Below the pieces are notes generated by a model, which worked only from the letters and a program-made list of their open reading frames with translations, made no database searches and was not told the origin of the DNA. The position numbers and the translations under genes are program-made. A stretch of 27,742 bases of DNA from IMG/VR virus record IMGVR_UViG_3300014202_000453, positions 1 through 27,742 of that record. One strand, 5' to 3'. This stretch comes from a virus (lineage: Duplodnaviria; Caudoviricetes). Shown piece after piece: positions 1-7,090 of this stretch. How positions within the stretch are numbered: the first letter of the stretch is position 1; every line of letters begins with the position of its first letter.

Positions 1-2
1 CG

Positions 3-59
3 ATCAAGTACGAGCACGAATCAAAAGCGAAAACACCGCATCTGCGGCTGGTAAAGTGA
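3..59 (+). CDS. 3' end of a gene truncated by the window edge (...IKYEHESKAKTPHLRLVK*)
   Basis: Frame open from position 3 to TGA at 57-59; an imperfect inverted repeat follows (AGAAGACACGC / GCGTGTTTTCT, ~105-158). Confidence 0.45.
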   Translation: MKYEHESKAKTPHLRLVK

Positions 60-267
60 TCTGTGGGCGTCGTCCCAAAAGAGCCGCACCCTAATGATCT
101 GTGAAGAAGACACGCTAGGAAGTTCCTTTATGGGGCTTAAATCCGGGGCGTGTTTTCTGTTGTTATTGGCAGGAGCGGGCCAGGATTAAAGTCACATTAT
201 TATAATTATTTTAGCTTTGGAAGATTTTTTACATAGTGATATGGAGCAAGTACTTTAGATTCTTGTG

Positions 268-296
268 TTTAGCTGAGATTAAGCAGTTGATATAAC
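268..296 (+). promoter_or_regulatory. Putative extended -10 sigma70 promoter
   Basis: TG-a-TATAAC at 288-296 with a weak -35 (TTTAGC, 268-273) at 17 bp spacing; predicted start ~302 coincides with the start of a structured leader. Confidence 0.45.
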
Positions 297-301
297 AAAT
301 T

Positions 302-420
302 TTGTTAACTTGCGGCTGCGCGAAGAAGTGTTTAGACTTCTCATCACTGACACAAGGTGTTAGGGATGGAGCGTAGCTCCGTTCTAGCGCGTGCTTTTAT
401 GACGCATTGGTCTTTAACAA
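302..420 (+). ncRNA. Structured 5' leader: three hairpins in a multibranch junction
   Basis: AGAAGT/ACTTCT (324-341), CTGACAC/GTGTTAG (347-363), GGATGGAGC/GCTCCGTTC (364-384); closed by GCGC/GCGC (318-321/387-390) and TTGTTAA/TTAACAA (302-308/414-420). G-U pairs work on the + strand. Confidence 0.5.
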
Positions 421-436
421 TTTGGAGGGAATTTTT

Positions 437-544
437 ATGAGCGACGAAGAATATCGCCGTAAGCTGCTTCTCTGGAAGGCTGTAGTCGAGATTGCCGGGA
501 AGCTGCTGATCGTGTATTTGTTCTCAACCGTGTCGAATGGTTAG
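437..544 (+). CDS. 35-aa small membrane peptide (MSDEEYRRKLLLWKAVVEIAGKLLIVYLFSTVSNG), type I toxin-like architecture
   Basis: GGAGG at 424-428, ATG at 437, TAG at 542-544; charged N-terminus then a hydrophobic stretch. Absent from the supplied ORF track. Confidence 0.6.
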   Translation: MSDEEYRRKLLLWKAVVEIAGKLLIVYLFSTVSNG

Positions 545-557
545 TTAACGCATCAAC

Positions 558-603
558 CAATTGGCCTATCGGATGTGTCAGATCTGGTAGGCCGATTGCT
601 TTT
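558..603 (+). terminator. Intrinsic terminator-like hairpin
   Basis: CAATTGGCCTATCGGAT (558-574) pairs with ATCTGGTAGGCCGATTG (582-598), followed by CTTTT. Confidence 0.6.
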
Positions 604-900
604 CCGGCAATCCCAAACTCTCAAATCATTTGCAAGCTCCTTACTCAACCGTCCCACTTGAGTAAGCCACCCGTTTATACACGAAGCGATCTCTAAAATA
701 AAGTTTGACTTTACTTTCTAAGGGGAGACAGCCAATAGCCATTCCTACAACCTCTTTTATATCATAGGCTTAGAATTATTATTGAAACAAATAATTATTT
801 ATTGTTTCACTTTCACACCACGAAGTCCTGTACTAAAGTCACATAAACTATTGAGCAGATTCAACTTGGCAGTGTGTTACAAGTCTTGCGCGTATCTCTT

Positions 901-909
901 TGTGGATAA
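901..909. promoter_or_regulatory. Perfect DnaA-box consensus (TGTGGATAA)
   Basis: Exact reverse complement of TTATCCACA in an intergenic region; only one copy here, so function is uncertain. Confidence 0.3.
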
Positions 910-985
910 ACGACTTGTAAGAACTACTGGAACTGCTAGACTAAGTTTACCTAGTTGCGTAGGTGAAAAAAGAGTTTGAACTTTT

Positions 986-1021
986 GCCCCTCGATGGATA
1001 CGCAACTATCTATCGGGGGGC
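986..1021 (+). other. Strong leader hairpin
   Basis: CCCCTCGATGGATA / TATCTATCGGGGG form a 14-bp stem with G-U pairs, upstream of the probable true start at 1092. Confidence 0.5.
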
Positions 1022-1091
1022 TTCTCAATTTACAAGGTCGCCGCCCGTGGCCTCGGTCATGCGCCACATTTATCAGCCAATCAAATCACAA

Positions 1092-1415
1092 ATGAGTCCA
1101 ATATTTTTAGGGGCCTGCCTTGTGGCCGCTGTCCTGATTCCGGCAATCGTCTCGTCTTCCAAAAAGAGACAGCCTCAGCAAGATCGCCTTGAAACCGTCA
1201 AATGCAAAACCTGTAATTGCCTTCTTTTAGAAGCCGACTCGGTGAAGGTCAAAAATGGCGGTTATGTCAATTTTGAAATAGAGCACTACTGCCTGATCCA
1301 TAAGCCGCCGTACGATGAAATTATCTATGAGGAGTATTACAAGGTCGTTCCGGCCCACAAGATTCAAGTCACCGAAGACGGTAAAGAGATAAAGAAAAGG
1401 GAGCGCTCGGCGTAA
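1092..1415 (+). CDS. Membrane-anchored protein with putative Zn-binding motif (CKTC...CLIH)
   Basis: Part of track ORF 963..1415; ATG at 1092 precedes a hydrophobic N-terminal helix (IFLGACLVAAVLIPAIV) followed by KKR. Confidence 0.6.
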   Translation: MSPIFLGACLVAAVLIPAIVSSSKKRQPQQDRLETVKCKTCNCLLLEADSVKVKNGGYVNFEIEHYCLIHKPPYDEIIYEEYYKVVPAHKIQVTEDGKEIKKRERSA

Positions 1416-1457
1416 CGCTGGGCCTCCTTCCCTCATCAGTAAAATTAAGCATTAGGG

Positions 1458-1488
1458 GGGACTCGTTAGCCCCTAGTTAGCGAGTCCC
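1458..1488 (+). other. Intergenic hairpin upstream of the SSB-like gene
   Basis: GGGACTCGTTAGC / GTTAGCGAGTCCC 13-bp stem with no U-tract. Confidence 0.55.
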
Positions 1489-1503
1489 GCTATCAATAAA
1501 TTT

Positions 1504-2031
1504 ATGTCATTCCTCCCCAGCAATTACACACGAATTCCAAGCAATTCAAATTATTTCAAATTCAAAGACGGCGAAAATAATTTCCGTGTCCTCTCGCCTG
1601 CCATTGTCGGCTATGCGTATTGGAATACTGAAAATAAGCCAGTGCGCTCCCGCGAAGCGATCAGGACTATCCCAAACGATATAAAGCTTGATGAAGATGG
1701 CCGATTCTCAATCCGCCACTTCTGGGCGTTCGTCGTCTGGAACTATGACGAACAAAGCCTCCAAATCCTTGAGGTCACGCAAAAGCGAATCATGACCGCG
1801 TTGAAAGCACTCGTTGAAAGTCCAAAGTGGGGCGATCCAACAAATTACGATATTACGATCTCTCGCTCCGGCAGCGGCTTTGATACTGAGTATATCGTCC
1901 AGGGCAATCCACCTGCGCCGCTGGATGACAAAGTTGCCGCTCTTTATGACCTCGCGAAAATCAACCTTGAAGCCTTGTTCGATGGCGGCGATCCGTTTAT
2001 GCCGTCCTCTTCAGATCAGCCCGAAGCATAA
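1504..2031 (+). CDS. Phage single-stranded DNA-binding protein, T4 gp32-like OB fold
   Basis: Motifs YFKFKDGENNFRVL, FWAFVVWNYD, GDPTNYDITISRSGSGFDTEYIV and an acidic tail. Confidence 0.65.
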   Translation: MSFLPSNYTRIPSNSNYFKFKDGENNFRVLSPAIVGYAYWNTENKPVRSREAIRTIPNDIKLDEDGRFSIRHFWAFVVWNYDEQSLQILEVTQKRIMTALKALVESPKWGDPTNYDITISRSGSGFDTEYIVQGNPPAPLDDKVAALYDLAKINLEALFDGGDPFMPSSSDQPEA

Positions 2032-2064
2032 TCATTAAACTGCTGGCAACATTCTGCCGTTCAA

Positions 2065-2688
2065 ATGAATGATGAAACACCGGATGACAAATTAGGAGAA
2101 ATCGCAAAAGACATTGAAGTGATAACAGCGGAAGCGGACACCTACACAATCCAAAGCCCACAAGATGTAGCCGTTGCAACCGAATTCCTCGTAAAAGTAA
2201 AAGGCCGGGCCAAGCGAATCGAAGAATTGAGACTGTTCTTCGTGAAACCGCTCAACGATCAGGTGAAGGCTATAAACGACCGTTTCAAGGCAAGCCTAAA
2301 ACCTCTTGAGGATGTAGAAGCAAAGGTGAAACGATTGATCGGCAACTACACCCTTGAACAGGACCGTATACGCCGGGAAAAAGAGCGAGAGTTGCAAGAA
2401 GCGCACGCCAAAGAAATGGCTAAGCAGGAAAAAGAAGCGGATAAGGCAGGAACAGATTTCGTTCCGACTGTGGCCCCATCAATTGTTAGATCAACTCCTA
2501 CAATCAAAACCGAGTCCGGCAAGACAACCACAATAAAGGTTTGGAAGTTTGAGATTGTGGATGCTGCAAAGGTGCCGAGAGAATATTTGGAAGTGAACGA
2601 ATCGCTTGTTCGTAAAGCTGTACAAGCCGGGGCAAGAGAGATTGCCGGTGTGCGGATTTACGAAGATGTACAAGTGAAAGTTGGCTAG
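2065..2688 (+). CDS. Coiled-coil phage protein with Gp157-like C-terminus
   Basis: Long helical region, then FEIVDAAKVPREYLEVNESLVRKAVQAGAREIAGVRI; adjacent to the SSB-like gene. Confidence 0.55.
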   Translation: MNDETPDDKLGEIAKDIEVITAEADTYTIQSPQDVAVATEFLVKVKGRAKRIEELRLFFVKPLNDQVKAINDRFKASLKPLEDVEAKVKRLIGNYTLEQDRIRREKERELQEAHAKEMAKQEKEADKAGTDFVPTVAPSIVRSTPTIKTESGKTTTIKVWKFEIVDAAKVPREYLEVNESLVRKAVQAGAREIAGVRIYEDVQVKVG

Positions 2689-2803
2689 TGGACTGAAGAC
2701 AGAACCCATAATATGACTAACGCACCGGCTATCAATAAACCAATGAGTATGAGAGCTACTATTTTGAGTGTTTTCATTGAAACGTATTTTAGCCGGATAG
2801 AAG

Positions 2804-2827
2804 AAACCGCCTGGAGGGGCGGTTTTT
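2804..2827. terminator. Bidirectional intrinsic terminator between convergent arms
   Basis: AAACCGCC-tggagg-GGCGGTTTTT between the + strand gene ending at 2688 and the - strand gene ending at 2829. Confidence 0.75.
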
Positions 2828-2828
2828 G

Positions 2829-3800
2829 TTAAAATGGAATCTCGTGGTCTGGGTCATTGTCGTATGCAAACACCCACTCATCATCCCAATCATTACCAGA
2901 ATAAATTCTCAGCTTATCGTGTGAATCGAATATCTGACTTTGTAGAAATTTTATTCCCATCTTCTTATTTCTCTTATAATGATAATCGGCAAATTCACCT
3001 TCACCCACTCCTACCATGGACTGTACCTCATCTAAAACTAACCCCCTCGATTCAAGCCAAGCCATCAATTCGTCTTTATCGGTAAAAATGATTCTGTATT
3101 TAGTTTGTGTGACCTGTGCAAATCTTCGGAATGCAGGATGGTTGATTGTTAAGATATTTTGTATAACCTCATCTTTGTTCTGCCCTGACGCTGTTAAATA
3201 ATCAACCATCTTTCTTAGTGTTGAGGCTACTGATTTCATTTCATCTAATATTCGTAATTCAGACATCCTCTGTTGTTCTTGCAAAAACCTTTGAAACAGC
3301 CCAGCCCACTGAAGTTGTAATTGATTGATAATATCTTTCGAAGTATCAAAGAATGCTATTGGATTATTGTTTGGAAGCCCGTAGATTTCCTCTATAAACT
3401 GATAAATGCGTACGTTATCAACGAATCCGTATTTTATATCTTTATTATCTTTATTAAGCTTATAAGTGTTATATTCACTGGAGACGCCCTTTTCGATAAA
3501 TATAAATACCTGTATTCCTTTTTCTATAGCTGTTCTAAGTTCTTGCTGAGAAATCGAATATGGACCTGCCTCAGAGGCTTCAGTGCCAAAACGTCCTCCA
3601 ATTATTGAAATCAAGATGTCGCACAATTCAACTTCCCGATAAGCATATTTCTCTGGCCTTTCTTCCTTCCCGTAGGGGATGTTGCCTGCCTCATGTCTAA
3701 CTGGTTCATAACCAAGCTCCCTAATAAATCGCTCCATATCTTCTCGAACCTGTTTAAGATCGTAAAAGGTTGAACTGATAAATACTCTTGGGATAGCCAT
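2829..3800 (-). CDS. DUF4062 (TIR-like) domain protein, candidate defence moron
   Basis: N-terminal RVFISSTFYDL...R, CDILISIIGGRFG and SISQQEL are DUF4062 signatures; AGGAG RBS; visibly AT-richer than the structural genes. Confidence 0.85.
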   Translation of the reverse strand: MAIPRVFISSTFYDLKQVREDMERFIRELGYEPVRHEAGNIPYGKEERPEKYAYREVELCDILISIIGGRFGTEASEAGPYSISQQELRTAIEKGIQVFIFIEKGVSSEYNTYKLNKDNKDIKYGFVDNVRIYQFIEEIYGLPNNNPIAFFDTSKDIINQLQLQWAGLFQRFLQEQQRMSELRILDEMKSVASTLRKMVDYLTASGQNKDEVIQNILTINHPAFRRFAQVTQTKYRIIFTDKDELMAWLESRGLVLDEVQSMVGVGEGEFADYHYKRNKKMGIKFLQSQIFDSHDKLRIYSGNDWDDEWVFAYDNDPDHEIPF

Positions 3801-3845
3801 TAATCGCTCCTGGAAAAAAGATTTTATGGGTCGGCTGCGTGGCGG

Positions 3846-3873
3846 ATTCTACAGGAAAGTCCTTTAGAGTCAA
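3846..3873 (-). promoter_or_regulatory. sigma70 promoter for the DUF4062 gene
   Basis: Minus strand TTGACT-16 nt-TAGAAT. Confidence 0.65.
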
Positions 3874-3874
3874 T

Positions 3875-3907
3875 AAAAAGACCGTCAACTTTTCAGTCGG
3901 CGGCTTT
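3875..3907 (-). terminator. Intrinsic terminator after the 109-aa gene
   Basis: Minus strand GCCGCCGACT-GAAA-AGTTGACGGT-CTTTTT (imperfect stem plus U-tract). Confidence 0.6.
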
Positions 3908-3921
3908 CAAATTTCCCCATA

Positions 3922-4251
3922 TCACAATCCATAATCTTCCATCATCGCGGCAATTCCATCCTCGTCGTCGCCCAAAAGGTCTTCAAGAACGGATTTCATT
4001 GCAACCCGCTCTGGATCAGCCTTCGCGTCTTTCGGACAGGCGGGACAGCGAATCACGTTGATGACACTTCTGCCAAACTGCCAGCCGTTTGACGCGAATT
4101 TCTGCCGGTAGCGGTCGTTGAGCTTTTGGGCCTGTGGAAGATCAACCCACGCTTCGCACTCTTCTTCTGAAAGATCGGTTTCGTAAATCTCGTCTTTCCA
4201 TAGGTGGTGAACATCCCACGGCTCATCGCACGTCGAACATTTTGTATCCAT
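3922..4251 (-). CDS. Hypothetical acidic protein with two CxxC motifs (putative Zn-binding)
   Basis: CSTC and CPAC; AAAGGAG RBS; own terminator. Confidence 0.8.
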   Translation of the reverse strand: MDTKCSTCDEPWDVHHLWKDEIYETDLSEEECEAWVDLPQAQKLNDRYRQKFASNGWQFGRSVINVIRCPACPKDAKADPERVAMKSVLEDLLGDDEDGIAAMMEDYGL

Positions 4252-4629
4252 AGTTCTCCTTTGAAAAAAGAGACTCGTAAAAGTCTCTTGAGTTGATCCC
4301 TATGTATTTGGCGGGAGGGATTTAGGTGTGGTGTGTTGGTAGGTCTAAACGGAGCTTATAAGTGCGCGGCAAGGAAACCCCTGCCGTGTTCTGCGCCGCA
4401 TCAACAGCTAATGCCCGCTGCCGGAGCGTTGTGCAGAAGTTGGCGAGACCTCTCAGCCTTTAGAGCGTCGGCGTTGCCTGACATCTCCGCGAGCCTTAAG
4501 GCCCCATAAATCAGAACCTGAGTCGGCATAAAAGTTTGAAGGCTAAGTTGAGTTTTGCGAGCTTATCGAAGCAGCGGGAGCAATATCGCTTTGAGGTATT
4601 CAAGTGCTGATAATGCCCAGAAAAAAGCG

Positions 4630-4785
4630 CTACGTGGCATTCTTCGCATTGCATGGGCCTCCTCTATCAAGAGCGTGGAAGCTCTTTGATGGGTAGCAGA
4701 ATAGGTGGTAGATCCAACTAGGGTTAGCTGGATGACGTGCGAAATTGCCTATGATGACTTCACTGCACTTTCTACAACGGTGCAT
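4630..4785 (-). CDS. 51-aa putative Zn-finger microprotein (MHRCRKC...YHLFC)
   Basis: AGGAGGT RBS before ATG at 4785; C-terminal part of track ORF 4630..4875. Confidence 0.55.
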   Translation of the reverse strand: MHRCRKCSEVIIGNFARHPANPSWIYHLFCYPSKSFHALDRGGPCNAKNAT

Positions 4786-4793
4786 AACACCTC

Positions 4794-4973
4794 CTAGTAG
4801 TCCAGGTCGTCGTAGACAGGTTCTTGGCTTGCCTCTAAATGGTATTCCAAGTCGCTGTCTATTGCCTCTATACATTCAGAGCATAAAACCATCCCTTGAT
4901 AGGGAAGATTTGCGGTTGGTGTATTGCAGATTTTGCAACGCTGAGCTTCGGTGGCCTGAGCTTTGTTAGACAT
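4794..4973 (-). CDS. 59-aa putative Zn-finger microprotein (CKIC...CSEC) with acidic tail
   Basis: GAGGAGG RBS before ATG at 4973; C-terminal part of track ORF 4794..5174. Confidence 0.6.
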   Translation of the reverse strand: MSNKAQATEAQRCKICNTPTANLPYQGMVLCSECIEAIDSDLEYHLEASQEPVYDDLDY

Positions 4974-4974
4974 A

Positions 4975-5058
4975 TCAGCCTCCTCTTCTGGGTTTTGGAG
5001 TTTGATTAGTCTTGTGTTTCCGTGAGACTCGTTTGAGGTTCTTTGCTTTGTTAGCCAA
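4975..5058 (-). CDS. 27-aa highly basic peptide (MANKAKNLKRVSRKHKTNQTPKPRRGG)
   Basis: GGAGGTG RBS before TTG at 5058; its TGA lies 1 nt before the next ATG. Confidence 0.45.
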   Translation of the reverse strand: MANKAKNLKRVSRKHKTNQTPKPRRGG

Positions 5059-5362
5059 AACAACACCTCCATGAATATAGGGTTGTCATTCTTGCCTCCA
5101 TAGATTTTGAAATGAGCGGGAAAAGCGCACCTACAGCGAGACACTAGGGAAACACCATAGTTCTGTAGGCACACTCCACCCGCCTATGCGAGTAGAGAGC
5201 GTCTATAAGGGCCTTAAATGCCCTGTCTTCCGATGATGAAGTTGTTTGTGTAATGCCCCTGGCAAATAGATTCCGCAACCGTGTACGGGGCAATTAGAGG
5301 GCTTAGGATCGAAGCGGGGTATCTGTGCAAGGATTCGTCTGAGTTTCTGGAAAGCCCGGATG

Positions 5363-5554
5363 CTACTGGGTTTTCGGGGCATTAGATGGGAACCACACGC
5401 GCAGAATAACAGTGATTAGTGATTTCGCGGTTGTGGTGTAGATTAGGTACTTAGGTGGCAATACGCCTTCTAAGACTGCTGCGACTTCAATAAGCGTGAC
5501 TAAGGTGTTGAAGACAGCGATTTTTGAATCTAACGCTGCGAGGAGCTTGTTCAT
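5363..5554 (-). CDS. Small two-TM membrane protein, holin-like
   Basis: Two hydrophobic segments separated by PPK; downstream of the endolysin; probable ATG at 5554. Confidence 0.55.
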   Translation of the reverse strand: MNKLLAALDSKIAVFNTLVTLIEVAAVLEGVLPPKYLIYTTTAKSLITVILRVWFPSNAPKTQ

Positions 5555-5705
5555 ATTGTTGATCGGGCTACCCAAACGTAGAAGGAGAATAAGTATTGTC
5601 GCCGGTCGAGCCTAGCGGTTTTCGTCCTTATTCCTTTACTGAGTAAGTAGCCTTAATTAAATAATGATATTTTGTTGAATAATTGCAAGCGTAGCTGTTG
5701 ATAAC

Positions 5706-6467
5706 TTACAGGCTGAAAGTGATTCCGGCTTTGGCTTGCCCGATTTTATTTGCGTCTACCTCTGCCCTTGAAACGACTGGCAATACTTTTCCTTCAAGCC
5801 CGAATATCTTTGCGACGGTTGGGTAAAGTTCTGGTGAGGTTGCGAGTTCAAAATACTGACCGTTATCGTTTTTGCCGACGATTGTTTGTTCCCCTCCGAC
5901 TTGGAAAAATTCCATATAGCTTTCCTTGATGAACTGCCACGGGTCAATTCTTCCGCCGTGACCGTTGTTAATGTCTTGTTTAATTCCGTTCTTATATCTG
6001 AACATATCCCAATGAGTGTGCGGCCCCGTCGAGAATCCGGTATTCCCTGATTTCGCTATTACCTGTCCTCTCTTCATTGGATACTTCTTGAGGCCGAATT
6101 CCCAAGTTATGTTGTCGTATAGGGAGTCTGAGAGGTGGCCGAATGTGTGTACATAGGTCTCTGTAGAATCGAGCATTGAAATTCGGTATCCGTAGTTTGC
6201 GCTCTTCTCGTATGACTCGATGATCCAGCCATCGCACGGGGCAAGAATTTCTGTGCCGATGGGACAGACAATATCTATGCCGCTATGTGATACCCAGCCA
6301 TATAAGGATAGGTACACATTTTGTCCTTTACGTAACTGGACTCCGTTTACCACCATATCCCGGTCAGCGATCCAGACCGTATTAAACCCTTGTGATATAT
6401 ATTTTTCTCCTCCTACTGGTGCGATGGGTCTTGTTTGAATGCCCTCAATTGGTTTTATGAGTCTCAT
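5706..6467 (-). CDS. M23 family peptidase, endolysin
   Basis: HSGID (HxxxD), FGHL and SGNTGFSTGPHTH (HxH) motifs; follows a holin-like gene. Confidence 0.9.
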   Translation of the reverse strand: MRLIKPIEGIQTRPIAPVGGEKYISQGFNTVWIADRDMVVNGVQLRKGQNVYLSLYGWVSHSGIDIVCPIGTEILAPCDGWIIESYEKSANYGYRISMLDSTETYVHTFGHLSDSLYDNITWEFGLKKYPMKRGQVIAKSGNTGFSTGPHTHWDMFRYKNGIKQDINNGHGGRIDPWQFIKESYMEFFQVGGEQTIVGKNDNGQYFELATSPELYPTVAKIFGLEGKVLPVVSRAEVDANKIGQAKAGITFSL

Positions 6468-6757
6468 GTTCTTCTTAATGCATCTCGCATATCCTTCGTA
6501 GCCTCCGTATTAAGGTCTATGGATTTTGTTAATTGTTGTTGGGTGACTGAGAATTTTTCTAGCGTTCCAGCGTGAGTCCGTACCAAATCAAGCATTGCGC
6601 TACGTTCTTCCCGAATTTCAGTGAGGAATGCCTCGGTCTTTTCCTTGTGCATTTTGCCGGTTTCCTGGTGGCTCTTGATTAAGACGTACGCGAAGATCAC
6701 GGATACGGCAACCGCTGGGGTAAGGGTTGAAAGCGTTTGAAGGGTGTTTGGCTCCAT
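6464..6757 (-). CDS. Holin-like protein (single N-terminal TM plus coiled coil)
   Basis: TM segment AVAVSVIFAYVLI then a helical tail; 4-nt overlap with the endolysin. Confidence 0.6.
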   Translation of the reverse strand: MEPNTLQTLSTLTPAVAVSVIFAYVLIKSHQETGKMHKEKTEAFLTEIREERSAMLDLVRTHAGTLEKFSVTQQQLTKSIDLNTEATKDMRDALRRT

Positions 6758-6758
6758 A

Positions 6759-6947
6759 TCACTTTTCTTTATTTATGGTATTTAGGTGAAGACTTAGCTG
6801 CCGTAATTCTTCTAACGATTCAATCGGCCTGCCTGCTGTGTTGCGTGATTTACACTTGTCGCAATACCCGTAGACATAACCGAACTTGAAAGCGCGGGTG
6901 CGTTTTTGATCAATCTCAAGGGGGACAAAGGTGTGGTTGTGGGGCAT
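6759..6947 (-). CDS. Hypothetical 62-aa protein, possible Zn ribbon
   Basis: HNH...CDKC; stop 1 nt before the holin start. Confidence 0.55.
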   Translation of the reverse strand: MPHNHTFVPLEIDQKRTRAFKFGYVYGYCDKCKSRNTAGRPIESLEELRQLSLHLNTINKEK

Positions 6948-6981
6948 GGGCGTTAATTGCTGGCTATTAAGATTTGGTAGG

Positions 6982-7009
6982 TTGACGGCTGCTGTGGCTG
7001 ATGTAAGGT
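6982..7009 (+). promoter_or_regulatory. Antisense sigma70 promoter giving a leaderless mRNA
   Basis: TTGACG (6982-6987), 16 nt, TAAGGT (7004-7009); ATG at 7016. Confidence 0.5.
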
Positions 7010-7015
7010 AAACGT

Positions 7016-7090
7016 ATGATATTCTTGGTTATACTTATCGTAATTTGCGCCATCGCATATAAGGTTGGTAGCTATATTGACTCCCGCTAG
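7016..7090 (+). CDS. 24-aa single-TM peptide (MIFLVILIVICAIAYKVGSYIDSR), candidate superinfection exclusion factor
   Basis: Hydrophobic N-terminal helix and polar tail; opposite strand, with its stop overlapping that of the 671-aa ejection gene. Confidence 0.55.
   Translation: MIFLVILIVICAIAYKVGSYIDSR

Noticed and set aside
315-395. tRNA gene
   Set aside because: Loops of 6, 3 and 3 nt, with no anticodon or T-loop consensus and no CCA.
782-1091. ORF 782..979 and the GTG extension 963..1091
   Set aside because: Not protein-like and overlapping hairpin and regulatory sequence; ATG at 1092 gives a clean N-terminal TM.
4305-4330. tRNA 3'-end-like sequence (AAATCCCTCCCGCCA, minus strand) as an att site
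   Set aside because: No GTTC T-loop, no cloverleaf, no integrase and no second copy seen.
5210-5360. Hammerhead ribozyme or c-di-GMP riboswitch
   Set aside because: Some stems are present (TGCCCC/GGGGCA, GGGCTT/AAGCCC), but the conserved cores (CTGATGA...GAAA; the GEMM layout) are not.
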